The position numbers and the translations under genes are program-made. From contig JARDZU010000001.1 of assembly GCA_029240695.1 (NCBI GenBank), forward strand, positions 1-51,639: DNA of 51,639 bases. The letters run 5' to 3'. Shown one piece after another: positions 37,808-47,240 of the stretch. Below the pieces are notes generated by a model that was not told the origin of the DNA, made no database searches, and saw nothing but the letters and a program-made list of their open reading frames with translations. This DNA comes from Acidimicrobiia bacterium. GTDB taxonomy: Bacteria > Actinomycetota > Acidimicrobiia > Spongiisociales > ZC4RG35. The first letter of the stretch is position 1; each line of letters begins with the position of its first letter.

Positions 37808-38704
37808 TCACCATCCTCGCTCTGCGAGACGCTCCGTGTCCCTGAGAGTGTCGATCTCGATTCCGGGCATGGCCTCGCCGAGACCGCGGGAGACCTTGGC
37901 CACCACTTCAGGCTCGTTCCAGAAGGTGGTCGCTTCGACGATCGCCCGGGCATAGGCCTCTGGCCCGGAGCTCTTGAAGATCCCGGACCCGACGAACACA
38001 CCGTCGACGCCGAGCGACATCATCAGGGCAGCATCCGAAGGCGTCGCGATGCCCCCTGCTGCAAAGTTGACCACTGGCAGTTTGCCGGTCGAAGCCACTT
38101 CGCGGACGAGATCGAAGGGGGCTCCGTGGTCACGGGCGGCAGACATCAGCTGCGCCTCGTCCATGGTGGTCAGAGCACGCAACTCGTTGGTCACTGTGCG
38201 CATGTGACGCACGGCTTCGACGACATTGCCGGTGCCCGCCTCGCCCTTGGTGCGGATCATCGCCGCACCCTCCCCAATGCGCCTCAGCGCTTCGCCCAGG
38301 TTGCGTGCACCGCAGACGAAGGGAGTGGTGAACGCCCATTTGTCGACGTGGTGCTCATCGTCGGCAGGTGTCAACACTTCGGATTCGTCGATGTAGTCGA
38401 CACCGAGGGCCTGGAGGACCGATGCCTCGGCGAAATGACCGATCCGGCACTTGGCCATGACCGGGATGGTGACCGCGGCCTGGATCTCCTCGATCTTGGT
38501 CGGGTCTGCCATCCGGGCAACACCACCGTGCTTGCGAATGTCAGAGGGGACGCGTTCCAGGGCCATCACAGCGACGGCGCCCGCCTCCTCGGCGATCTTT
38601 GCCTCGTCGGAGGTAACGACATCCATGATGACGCCGCCTTTGAGCATCTCAGCGAGGCCTCTCTTGACGCGATCTGTACCGGTTTCCACTTCTGTCGGCT
38701 CCAT
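37808..38704 (-). CDS. pdxS: Pyridoxal 5'-phosphate synthase lyase subunit PdxS
   Basis: It contains [14 protein letters not shown]......[28 protein letters not shown] and [13 protein letters not shown], and is 298 aa long. Confidence 0.95.
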   Translation of the reverse strand: MEPTEVETGTDRVKRGLAEMLKGGVIMDVVTSDEAKIAEEAGAVAVMALERVPSDIRKHGGVARMADPTKIEEIQAAVTIPVMAKCRIGHFAEASVLQALGVDYIDESEVLTPADDEHHVDKWAFTTPFVCGARNLGEALRRIGEGAAMIRTKGEAGTGNVVEAVRHMRTVTNELRALTTMDEAQLMSAARDHGAPFDLVREVASTGKLPVVNFAAGGIATPSDAALMMSLGVDGVFVGSGIFKSSGPEAYARAIVEATTFWNEPEVVAKVSRGLGEAMPGIEIDTLRDTERLAERGW

Positions 38705-38742
38705 TGGGGTAACTCCGATTGTACAGGCTCGCCTTCGCTGGC

Positions 38743-39780
38743 CTAAGTGACCACCTCGTCGTAGAGCTCGCGATATACGCCCCCGATGACACTCCAGTCG
38801 TGTTCGTCAGCCAACCGTCGGCCAAGCTCCGCCAGCCGGTCTCGCTCGATGGGGTCCCCGAGCAGATCGATCACTGCCGTGGCCAGTGCTCCGCTGTCCC
38901 CGACAGGGAAGAATCGGGCGGCCTCCCCGGCCAAGTCGCGAAAGGGCTCGAGATCCGAGGCGACGACGGCGGCGCCGGCCGCCATTGCCTCCAGCAGGAC
39001 GATCCCGAACGATTCCCCTCCCGTCTGTGGTGCGACGTACACCGAAGAAGAGCTCAGCTGCGTGGCTTTGGTGCCTTCGTCCACCCTTCCCATCCAGGTC
39101 GGCCCGGTACCGTCTCGCCGCGCTCCCATGACCACGAGTCTGGCCTGCGGTCGAGCGGTCTCGATCCTCTCCCATGCCTCCAGGAGGACATCGAGGCCCT
39201 TTCTCGGCTCGTCCCGGCCCAGGAACGCGACCTTCCCGACCTCACGACGGGTTTGGACCCTCATCGAGGCCACGTCGAGCCCGTTGGGAATGACTCGGAC
39301 CTCCAGGCGGCCCTCGGGAAGGACCCCCGCCGCGGCATGGCTGACCGCCGTCACCATGCTGGTGTTCCCCAACAGCCGGCTCAGGAACGGTCGGGTCAAC
39401 CGGTATCCGAGACGTACGGCCCGACCGGGAGCGGCGTGAAACGTGGCCACCACCGGGGGCCCGGCATGGGTGGCAAGCAACGACACCAGCGGCATGAGCG
39501 GCTCGTGGACATGAAGCAGATCCAGATCGGCCGAAGCGGCTCTGATCCGCCTCCGCGATCTCGGGTCTGCTGCGATGGGGGCCATGGATCCGTTGCCGGG
39601 TACTGAGATGCTCTCGCCGAGATCGACACCCGGCACGCCGTCGGGCAGTCCGGGACCCATCACGACAGGATCGTCTCCCCAGGTCCTCAGATAGGCGGCC
39701 AGGCCGAGGACCTGAGCCTGGACCCCGCCAGGGACCGACAGGTTGTAAGGGCTCACCAGACCGATTCGCAAACCGCTCAT
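38743..39780 (-). CDS. pimA: GT4 glycosyltransferase, phosphatidylinositol alpha-mannosyltransferase-like
   Basis: From the ATG at 39780 it reads [38 protein letters not shown]...VATFHAA. This aligns with mycobacterial PimA from memory. An EX7E-type C-terminal region is present ([14 protein letters not shown]). There is an ATGA overlap with the upstream acyltransferase. Confidence 0.85.
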   Translation of the reverse strand: MSGLRIGLVSPYNLSVPGGVQAQVLGLAAYLRTWGDDPVVMGPGLPDGVPGVDLGESISVPGNGSMAPIAADPRSRRRIRAASADLDLLHVHEPLMPLVSLLATHAGPPVVATFHAAPGRAVRLGYRLTRPFLSRLLGNTSMVTAVSHAAAGVLPEGRLEVRVIPNGLDVASMRVQTRREVGKVAFLGRDEPRKGLDVLLEAWERIETARPQARLVVMGARRDGTGPTWMGRVDEGTKATQLSSSSVYVAPQTGGESFGIVLLEAMAAGAAVVASDLEPFRDLAGEAARFFPVGDSGALATAVIDLLGDPIERDRLAELGRRLADEHDWSVIGGVYRELYDEVVT

Positions 39781-40655
39781 TCCCGATCGGAGGGCCAGTT
39801 GGGCTGGACCAGGTGCCACTGTTGCGGCGCCGCCCTGATCAAGGACTCCATCTCCACGGCGAGGTCCTGCGTCATCGTGCGCACCTTCTCGCTGCGGGTT
39901 CCCTCGGCCGGGACCGGGATCGCCGGCCTGATCACCACCCTGTAGCCGTCGTCCCCGTCGTAATAGGACGCGACCGGGAGCAGTGGAGCCCCTGTGCGAA
40001 GGGCGAGGGTGGCCGGGCCCGCGGGGAGCGTGGTCTCCTCACCGAAGAAAACAGCCGGGACCCCGCGACCCTTTAGGTCGCGGTCGGCAAGGAGGGCCAC
40101 GGCCTTGTTGGCGGACAGGGCTGCCTCCAGCTTCCTCATCACCTCGGTGCCCCCGGTGGCGAGGACGACCTCGATACCGAAATCGGCCCGCATCTTGGTG
40201 AACCAGTCGGTGATTCGGCGATTGGGCAGGTTCTCGGCGACGGCGACCACGGGCACCTTCACGTCGACGGAGACCGGTGCGGCCACCTCCCAATTTCCGA
40301 CATGGGGCAGCCCGTAGATCATCCCCCGTCCTTCTTCCCGCGCCCCGATTATCTGCTCCAAGCCGTCCACGATCGTCTGAGATCGAAGCTCATCGACCCT
40401 CTTTCCTCGGGCCCAAAGCGCCTCGGCGTAATACCGGCCGTAGGACTTCATGACTGATCGGGCCGCTCGACCGGCTTCGGCTTCGTCACCAAGCACCCGT
40501 CTCATGTGCCGCTCGGACATGGTGCGCCTGCCCTTGGCGGTGGCGTGCCAGATCTCGCCCCCAAATCGTCCCAGGGACCGGGCAGCCGAAGCAGGAAGCA
40601 GGCCGATGAGCCCCGCGCCGGCGCGGAGGGCGAGGTAGCCGGGAATTTCGCTCAC
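39777..40655 (-). CDS. Phosphatidylinositol mannoside acyltransferase (LpxL/HtrB-type lipid A biosynthesis acyltransferase family)
   Basis: It shows the conserved pgsA1-acyltransferase-pimA arrangement of Actinomycetota and the HVGNWE catalytic motif. The GTG at 40655 overlaps the pgsA1 stop (GTGA). The track start at 40703 would overlap pgsA1 by 52 nt. Confidence 0.8.
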   Translation of the reverse strand: MSEIPGYLALRAGAGLIGLLPASAARSLGRFGGEIWHATAKGRRTMSERHMRRVLGDEAEAGRAARSVMKSYGRYYAEALWARGKRVDELRSQTIVDGLEQIIGAREEGRGMIYGLPHVGNWEVAAPVSVDVKVPVVAVAENLPNRRITDWFTKMRADFGIEVVLATGGTEVMRKLEAALSANKAVALLADRDLKGRGVPAVFFGEETTLPAGPATLALRTGAPLLPVASYYDGDDGYRVVIRPAIPVPAEGTRSEKVRTMTQDLAVEMESLIRAAPQQWHLVQPNWPSDRE

Positions 40656-41230
40656 TCGAACGAACGGTAGGTGTCGATGAATCGCATCAAGGCGGTTATC
40701 CACACCAGGATCACGAAGATCCAGAGCATCGGCTCGACAAGACCGAGAAGCAAACCGACAGTGAAGAGAAGGACTCTCTCAGCGCGGCCCATGAGCCCCG
40801 CCTTGCCATTGAAGCCCTCGACCTCGGCCCGGCTCCTGATGTAGGGAACGAGCATCGCACCGCCGATGGCGAGGACGATGAGGAGAAGAGCCGCCGCATC
40901 ACCGGTCTCACGGGCAATGGCCACGCCGAGCCCGGCGAACGCCGCTATCTCACCGATACGGTCGAACACCGAGTCCAGGAAAGCACCGCGGGCGGTGACC
41001 ATCCCCGCTGCACGTGCCACCGAGCCATCGAGACCATCGAGAATCGAGCCGACCAGCACGATGACCGCACCGGAACGCAAAGCGCCGGTCGAGATCACTA
41101 TCGAGCCCACGATGACGATGGCGAGCCCGAGGGCGGTCATCGCGGTCGGAGTCACCCCGATGGAGGCCAGGGCCCTGCCGATGGGCTCGAGAAAGCGGGT
41201 GACCCGGGGTCGCACCCTTGTGTCGATCAC
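40652..41230 (-). CDS. pgsA1: CDP-alcohol phosphatidyltransferase, phosphatidylinositol-phosphate synthase-like
   Basis: It is a 192-aa polytopic membrane protein carrying the CDP-OH-P transferase motif DGLDGSVARAAGMVTARGAFLDSVFDRIGE. Confidence 0.85.
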   Translation of the reverse strand: MIDTRVRPRVTRFLEPIGRALASIGVTPTAMTALGLAIVIVGSIVISTGALRSGAVIVLVGSILDGLDGSVARAAGMVTARGAFLDSVFDRIGEIAAFAGLGVAIARETGDAAALLLIVLAIGGAMLVPYIRSRAEVEGFNGKAGLMGRAERVLLFTVGLLLGLVEPMLWIFVILVWITALMRFIDTYRSFE

Positions 41231-41313
41231 GACGGAGCAAAGTAGCAGGCCCGACCTTGTGGTCCGGTTCTGAGGCAGGGTTAGGATCGGCGTCTCGCAC
41301 GAAGTGGAGGTCC

Positions 41314-43368
41314 ATGTTGTTACCCGAGAAAGTTCGCAACGTCGCCCTCGTCGGTCATGGCGGGAGCGGCAAGACGACTCTCGCCGAGGCCCTCCTCTTC
41401 GTCGGTGGCGCCACGAACAGACGAGGAACCGTGGAACAGGGCACGACTGTGCTCGACTTCGAGCCCGAGGAGGTCGACCGGGGCATCTCGCTCGGGTTGG
41501 GAGTAGCGACTTTCAACTGGAACGAACATCGCATCAACCTGATCGACACGCCCGGCTCCAGCGACTTCTCTGGCGATGCCCGTGCTGCCCTACGAGCCGT
41601 CGACCTCGCCCTCTTCGTGGTATCGGGTGTCGACGGCGTTGAGGTTCAGACCGAACAACTCTGGAAGGTCGCGGAGGAGGAGGGCATCCCACGGGCTGTC
41701 GTGGTGACCAAGCTCGATCGCGACCGGTCTTCCTTCGAGCGAACCCTGGATCAACTGCGGGATTCGTTCGGCAAGGCGATCGCCCCGATCCAGGTTCCGA
41801 TAGGAAGCGAAGAGGGCCTGCGGGGACTGGTGCGGGTGGCCTCCGAACGCGCCTACGAGTACGCCGAGGAAGAGAAGGAGGGCAAGGAGGTCGACCTGCC
41901 CTCCGAGGTCGAGGAATTGGTCCATGCCGCTCACACCGCCCTCGTCGAGACTGTTGTCGAGACGGACGACGAGATGATGGAGGCCTATTTCGAAGGCAAG
42001 GAGCCCTCCCGTGAGCAGATAGTGACCACGATTCACAAGGGGATCGTGGCCGGCGATATCCAACCCGTCCTGGTCGCTTCGGCCGAGAGACTCATTGGCA
42101 TCGACCTGCTTGCCGAGTTCATCGTCGACTACGGACCCAACCCGTTGGAGCGCATACTCCCCACTCTGACCAGCGGAGACCCCACTCCCCCGTCCCCCGA
42201 TGGGCCGACCGCCGCTTTCGTCTTCAAATCAGTGTCCGACCCGTTTGTCGGGCGCATCTCCCTATTTCGGATCTATTCGGGCACGGTCAAGGCGGACCAG
42301 GAGCTCGATGTGGCCGGCGGGGGCAAGGTGAGGCTCCACAATCTCTTCAAGCTCCAGGGCAAGGAGCACAACGACGTGCCGGATCTCCCCACCGGAGGGA
42401 TCGGGGCAGTGGCCAAGGTGGACAACTTGAGGGTCGGCGACACCTTGCGCAGCAGCGGCAGCAACATCACGATCGCCCCCATCTCCTATCCCCGACCCGT
42501 CGCCGAAGTTGCGATCACTCCGAGATCCCATCACGACGAGGAAAAGCTCTCCACAGCCCTGCATCGGATCGAGGAGGAGGACCCGACCATCCGTGTGGAG
42601 CGCCGCTCCGACACCGGTGAAACAATTCTCGCCGGTCTCGGCGACACCCATCTCGATGTCACCGTTGCCCGAATCCACAGGAAGTTTGGTGTCGAGGTTG
42701 ACACCGCGCTCCCCATCATCCCTTATCGGGAGACGATCACGACCAGCGCCCAGGCCGAGGGCAAGCACAAGAAGCAATCGGGGGGGCGGGGCCAGTTTGG
42801 TGTCGCCCTGGTCAAATTCGCCCCACTGCCCAGGGGCTCCGGGTACGAGTACATCGACTCGATCAAGGGCGGGTCGATTCCCCGACAGTTCATTCCCGCC
42901 GTCGACAAGGGCATCCAGGAGGCCCTGAACAGGGGGGTCCTCGCCGGCTACCCCGTCATCGACATCTCAGCCGAGGTCTACGACGGGAAGTACCACGCGG
43001 TCGACTCCGATGAGATGTCGTTTCGGATGGCAGGCATCCAGGCCGTAAGGGCGGCTATCCAGGACCTCAAGCCAATCCTGCTCGAGCCGGTCATGAAGGT
43101 AACTGTGACCGTGCCCGAGGATCATCTCGGTGACGTGATGGGAGACATCAACTCCAAGCGTGGGAAAGTGCTCGGGATGGAGGGCGATGGCACACTGCGG
43201 TCAGTGATCGCCGAGGTGCCCATGGCCGAGATACAGCAGTATGCGGCGGAACTGCGATCATTGACGTCGGGCAGAGGAAGCTTCGACGTGGAGTTCGATC
43301 ACTACGCCGAAGTGCCGCACAACGAGGCGCAGCAGGTGATAGCCGCGTCTCGGGACGCAGAAGACTGA
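41314..43368 (+). CDS. Elongation factor G paralogue (EF-G2-like translational GTPase)
   Basis: From the ATG at 41314, just after GGAGG, it reads MLLPEKVRNVALVGHGGSGKTTLAEALLF. The G motifs are G1 GHGGSGKT, G3 DTPGSSDF and G4 TKLD. The domain II-V architecture is EF-G-like, and the protein is 684 aa long. Confidence 0.88.
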   Translation: MLLPEKVRNVALVGHGGSGKTTLAEALLFVGGATNRRGTVEQGTTVLDFEPEEVDRGISLGLGVATFNWNEHRINLIDTPGSSDFSGDARAALRAVDLALFVVSGVDGVEVQTEQLWKVAEEEGIPRAVVVTKLDRDRSSFERTLDQLRDSFGKAIAPIQVPIGSEEGLRGLVRVASERAYEYAEEEKEGKEVDLPSEVEELVHAAHTALVETVVETDDEMMEAYFEGKEPSREQIVTTIHKGIVAGDIQPVLVASAERLIGIDLLAEFIVDYGPNPLERILPTLTSGDPTPPSPDGPTAAFVFKSVSDPFVGRISLFRIYSGTVKADQELDVAGGGKVRLHNLFKLQGKEHNDVPDLPTGGIGAVAKVDNLRVGDTLRSSGSNITIAPISYPRPVAEVAITPRSHHDEEKLSTALHRIEEEDPTIRVERRSDTGETILAGLGDTHLDVTVARIHRKFGVEVDTALPIIPYRETITTSAQAEGKHKKQSGGRGQFGVALVKFAPLPRGSGYEYIDSIKGGSIPRQFIPAVDKGIQEALNRGVLAGYPVIDISAEVYDGKYHAVDSDEMSFRMAGIQAVRAAIQDLKPILLEPVMKVTVTVPEDHLGDVMGDINSKRGKVLGMEGDGTLRSVIAEVPMAEIQQYAAELRSLTSGRGSFDVEFDHYAEVPHNEAQQVIAASRDAED

Positions 43369-43387
43369 AGGCAGGGAAGGGACTGGA

Positions 43388-44677
43388 ATGACAGACGCCG
43401 TCATCCGATTTCGCGACAAAGAGTCTCGGCTCGATGTGATCGAGAGTGTCGAGGGCCAGGTCGCGGCGGATATCGGCGGGCTGAGAAGGGACTTGGGCTT
43501 GACCACTCTCGATCGTGGCTTTGCCAACACCGCCGAAAGCGTCTCGGCGGTTTCCTATGTCGGTGGCGAGGAGGGGGTCCTCCATTACCGGGGCTATTTG
43601 ATCGAGGAGCTCGCCGAGCAGGCAACCTTCCTCGAGGTCGCGTATCTCCTCCAGTACGGGGAGTTGCCCACCAAGGCAGAGCTCGAGGCCTATGAGGAGT
43701 CGATTTCTCTTCACACCCTGCTTCGGGAGGACATGAAGCACCTGTTCGAGGCCTTCCCCCACAGCGCCCACCCGATGCAGATCCTCGCCTCGGCCACGTC
43801 GGCTCTGGCCACCTACTACCCCGACGCCCTCGACCCTCATGACGTAGAAGCGGTCGACATCAGCGCCAGACGATTGATCGCCAAGACGCCGACCATGATC
43901 GCTTGGTCGTACAAGTACTCCGTCCACCAGCCGTACATCTATCCGCAGAACGACCTCGGCTACCTGTCCAACTTCCTGCACCTGATGTTCTCGGTCCCAG
44001 CCGAGGCGTACGCCGCGGATCCCGTCGTGGCACGTGCCCTCAACATGCTCCTTGTGCTTCATGCCGACCACGGGCAGAACTGCTCGACCTCGGCAGTGCG
44101 TCTCGTTGGGTCCAGCCAGGCGAACCTGTTCAGCTCGGTGGCGGCCGGGATCCACGCCCTCTCCGGCCCGCTGCACGGTGGAGCCAACCAAGAGGTCCTC
44201 GAGATGCTCGAGGGGATCGTCTCAGCTGGAGGCGACGTGGCGCCATTCGTGGCCAGGGCGAAAGACAAGGACGACCCTTTCCGGCTCATGGGTTTCGGCC
44301 ACCGCGTCTACAAGAACTTCGACCCGAGGGCGCGAATCATCAAGCGTGCCGCCGACGACGTGCTCGACGCCCTTGGCATCGACGACGATCCCCTACTCGA
44401 CGTCGCCATGCAGCTCGAAGAGGTCGCCCTGTCGGATGACTATTTCGTGGAGCGAAAGCTCTATCCCAACGTCGATTTCTACTCGGGGATCATCTACCGG
44501 GCGATCGGGTTCCCCACCGACATGTTCACTGTGCTGTTCGCACTGGGCCGCTTGCCCGGGTGGATTTCCCAGTGGCGGGAATTGCTCGCCGACCCGACGA
44601 CGAGGATCTTCCGCCCCACCCAGGTCTATGTCGGGCCGGACCGACGCCCCTATGTCCCGATCGGGGACCGCTCCTAG
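43388..44677 (+). CDS. gltA: Citrate synthase (type II, hexameric-type length)
   Basis: It is 429 aa and contains LHYRGY.IEEL, LLVLHADHGQNCSTS and GFGHRVYKNFDPRA (catalytic His residues), plus the DFYSG region. Confidence 0.93.
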   Translation: MTDAVIRFRDKESRLDVIESVEGQVAADIGGLRRDLGLTTLDRGFANTAESVSAVSYVGGEEGVLHYRGYLIEELAEQATFLEVAYLLQYGELPTKAELEAYEESISLHTLLREDMKHLFEAFPHSAHPMQILASATSALATYYPDALDPHDVEAVDISARRLIAKTPTMIAWSYKYSVHQPYIYPQNDLGYLSNFLHLMFSVPAEAYAADPVVARALNMLLVLHADHGQNCSTSAVRLVGSSQANLFSSVAAGIHALSGPLHGGANQEVLEMLEGIVSAGGDVAPFVARAKDKDDPFRLMGFGHRVYKNFDPRARIIKRAADDVLDALGIDDDPLLDVAMQLEEVALSDDYFVERKLYPNVDFYSGIIYRAIGFPTDMFTVLFALGRLPGWISQWRELLADPTTRIFRPTQVYVGPDRRPYVPIGDRS

Positions 44678-45168
44678 ACCCTCTCGACCGGTTCGACGTA
44701 CGGCTCCTCGGCGACGTCGCCTGACACCGCATCGACCACCACCAGGGCGCGCTGGTCTGGCGGCTCCGACGCGGAGTAGAGCACGACACTCCAGCGTGGC
44801 CGGGAGCGAATGCCCTGGAAGGTGACCGCTGCCGAGGCATGCCCGACAGGGAAGCCGACTGCGGCGCCGGCTTTTGAGAGCGCCCGGGCCTCATCGACAG
44901 CCAGGGGCCACGCCGAGGCGAAGTTCCAGGCGGCAAGGCCCAAGAGCCCGATGGCCGGTACCCAGCCCTCGTCGATCAACAACACTGCGATCACCGCTGC
45001 CGCGACGAAGACCCACCCTGCGATCCGTCGCCGCGTCGGGGACGGGAACCGGTAGGGAGCCTCGACGTTCGAGTCGAGCTCCTCCTCGATCGCCAGGGAA
45101 TCGGCCAGATCCCGCTCGATGTGGATGCCTGATCGGTCGACCCGCGGCTCCTCCCCCGGGTCGGTCAT
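44674..45168 (-). CDS. Hypothetical membrane protein (two predicted TM helices)
   Basis: It is 164 aa. The ATG overlaps the thrS stop (ATGA). It has an acidic N-terminus, then WVFVAAAVIAVLLI / AIGLLGLAAWNFASAW, then a ~70-aa soluble tail. I did not recognise a family. Confidence 0.6.
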   Translation of the reverse strand: MTDPGEEPRVDRSGIHIERDLADSLAIEEELDSNVEAPYRFPSPTRRRIAGWVFVAAAVIAVLLIDEGWVPAIGLLGLAAWNFASAWPLAVDEARALSKAGAAVGFPVGHASAAVTFQGIRSRPRWSVVLYSASEPPDQRALVVVDAVSGDVAEEPYVEPVERV

Positions 45169-47138
45169 GAGCCGAGCACCCCAGTGCGGGGGTCTGGGGG
45201 TCGCCCCCCAGGTTTGGCTGCCATGGTGGCGAGACGATTGGTCGCTTCGATCAGCGGCACTCCCCGCGTGTCCCGCTCCTCTCCGTAGAGCCTCAGGCCG
45301 ACGGTGGAGCTGGACACGTCGTCATCGCCGACGACCATGACAGCGGGATGCTTGTGGGTGAGGGCTTTCCGGATCTTCTCGCCGACCGTGTCGTCGGAAT
45401 CGTCGACCTCCACCCGGAGCCCGGCATCCCGGAGCCGCTCCGCAATCTGGTTGGCGTACTCATGGTGACGATCCGCCACCGGCACGACGGATACCTGGAC
45501 GGGCGCCAGCCACATCGGGAATGCCCCGGCGTGATGCTCGATCAGCACCCCCATGAATCGCTCCAGCGAGCCGGCCTTGGCGCAATGGATCATGTAGGGG
45601 CGCTCGGAGACATTCCCGGCGGCGGTGTACTCCAGGCCAAACCGCTCGGGCAGGATCAAGTCGAGTTGGATCGTCGACAGCTGCCACCTGCGGCCAATGG
45701 CATCCTTGACGTGCATGTCGATCTTCGGGCCGTAGAAGGCGCCCTCGCCGGGGGCTATCCGGAAGCTCACCCCCGAGTCTTCCAAAGCTTTGGCCAGGGT
45801 CTTCTCGGCGAAATCCCATCGATCCTGCTCACCGACCGGGGCCTTCTCCGGCTGAGTGCTCAGATCAGCCTCGATTTCGCTGAACCCGGCGTCCCTGAGC
45901 CAGGTGAGCACGAAGTCGAGGTGCAGGGCGAGCTCGGACCCCAGCTGGCCGCCGGTGCAGAAGGTGTGGGAGTCGTCCTGGGTGAAGCCACGGGCCCGGA
46001 GCAGACCGTGGACCACGCCCGACTTCTCATAGCGGTAGACGGCGCCGAGCTCGGAAAGACGGACCGGAAGATCGCGGTATGACCTCGGCCTGCTCTTGTA
46101 GACGAGGATGTGAAACGGGCAGTTCATCGGCTTGACCCGGTATTCCTGCTCGTTGTCGAGTTCCATGCCCGGGAACATGTATTCGGCGTAGTAGTCGAGA
46201 TGGCCCGAGGTCCACCACAAGTCGGACTTGGCCAGATGCGGCGTGAAGACGAAGTCGAAACCGAATCGCTGATGCAGCTCGCGGCTGTGGTCCTCGACGA
46301 TCTTGCGGAGCATCCCTCCCTTCGGGTGCCAAACGACCAGGCCCGATCCGAGCTCGGGTGGGAAACTGAACAGGTCGAGCTCGGCACCCAGCCGGCGATG
46401 ATCACGTTTCTCAGCTTCTTCCAGCTGGGTCAGGTAGGCGTCGAGTTCCTTCGGAGACGGCCAGGCGGTCCCATAGATCCGCTGCAATTGATCTCGCTTC
46501 TCGTCACCCCTCCAGTACGCCCCGGAGCTGCGAAGCAGCTTCACGGACGGGATCCTTCCGGTGGAAGGGAGGTGAGGCCCACGGCACAGGTCGACGAAGT
46601 CGATATTCCGGTAGACGGTGACGTCCTCCCCGGGGGTGACCTCACTCGGCTCCACACTCTCGATGATCTCCGTCTTGAACGGGTGTGCGCCAAACATGGC
46701 GAGGGCATCGGACCTGGAAAGCGCCTCGCGCTCGAATGGTTGGTCTTGAGAGATGATCTCCTTCATCCGCGCCTCGATGCGATCGAGATCGTCAGGCGTG
46801 AACGGCTCGTCGACCTTGAAGTCGTAGTAGAAGCCATTGTCGATCGCTGGCCCGATGGCAAACGTCGAGCCCTCGAACAGGTCGAGGACTGCTTGGGCGA
46901 GCACGTGCGCCGACGAGTGGCGAAGTACGTCTAGGCCCTCTTCGCTGTCGAGAGTGACAACCGCGAAATCACCCGATTCGTCGAGCGGGCGGCTCAGATC
47001 TCTGAGGTCTCCATTCAATTTGACCGCCACTGCAGACCGGGCCAGTCCGGGACCGATGGACTCCGCGACTTCGAGACCGGTGACACCATCGGGGTGCTCG
47101 AACACGGTTCCGTCGGGATAACGAAGCTCTAGTGACAC
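45165..47138 (-). CDS. thrS: Threonine--tRNA ligase
   Basis: It is 657 aa with a TGS N-domain, an editing domain (HSSAHVLAQAV), a class II core (FRDLPVRLSELG-like, RGFTQDDSH) and an anticodon-binding C-terminus. The start codon is GTG. Confidence 0.95.
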   Translation of the reverse strand: MSLELRYPDGTVFEHPDGVTGLEVAESIGPGLARSAVAVKLNGDLRDLSRPLDESGDFAVVTLDSEEGLDVLRHSSAHVLAQAVLDLFEGSTFAIGPAIDNGFYYDFKVDEPFTPDDLDRIEARMKEIISQDQPFEREALSRSDALAMFGAHPFKTEIIESVEPSEVTPGEDVTVYRNIDFVDLCRGPHLPSTGRIPSVKLLRSSGAYWRGDEKRDQLQRIYGTAWPSPKELDAYLTQLEEAEKRDHRRLGAELDLFSFPPELGSGLVVWHPKGGMLRKIVEDHSRELHQRFGFDFVFTPHLAKSDLWWTSGHLDYYAEYMFPGMELDNEQEYRVKPMNCPFHILVYKSRPRSYRDLPVRLSELGAVYRYEKSGVVHGLLRARGFTQDDSHTFCTGGQLGSELALHLDFVLTWLRDAGFSEIEADLSTQPEKAPVGEQDRWDFAEKTLAKALEDSGVSFRIAPGEGAFYGPKIDMHVKDAIGRRWQLSTIQLDLILPERFGLEYTAAGNVSERPYMIHCAKAGSLERFMGVLIEHHAGAFPMWLAPVQVSVVPVADRHHEYANQIAERLRDAGLRVEVDDSDDTVGEKIRKALTHKHPAVMVVGDDDVSSSTVGLRLYGEERDTRGVPLIEATNRLATMAAKPGGRPPDPRTGVLGS

Positions 47139-47240
47139 GGGGTTATCTCGCTAGCCTGGGCCGGGCACAGAAGGCTAACTGGCTCGAAGACGCAACCGAG
47201 CCGGTCATCGGGTCACCAGTGACAGGGGGAACAACAGCGT

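Noticed and set aside
44674-44677. The overlapping convergent stop codons of gltA and the thrS-downstream gene, which share the palindrome CTAG. A similar CTGAC-CCT-GTCAG inverted repeat spans the VOC and dehydratase stops (about 49796-49808).
   Set aside because: These are trivial consequences of tight convergent packing. They are too short to argue for a functional bidirectional terminator.
47139-47240. A possible T-box or other leader RNA upstream of thrS, and likewise upstream of alaS, hisS and aspS.
   Set aside because: The thrS spacer is only 102 nt and is shared with the divergent kinase-fold gene. I could find no T-box sequence (AANNNGGGUGGNACCRCG-like), no specifier-loop architecture and no terminator/antiterminator pair. 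The other aaRS genes have almost no upstream non-coding DNA.
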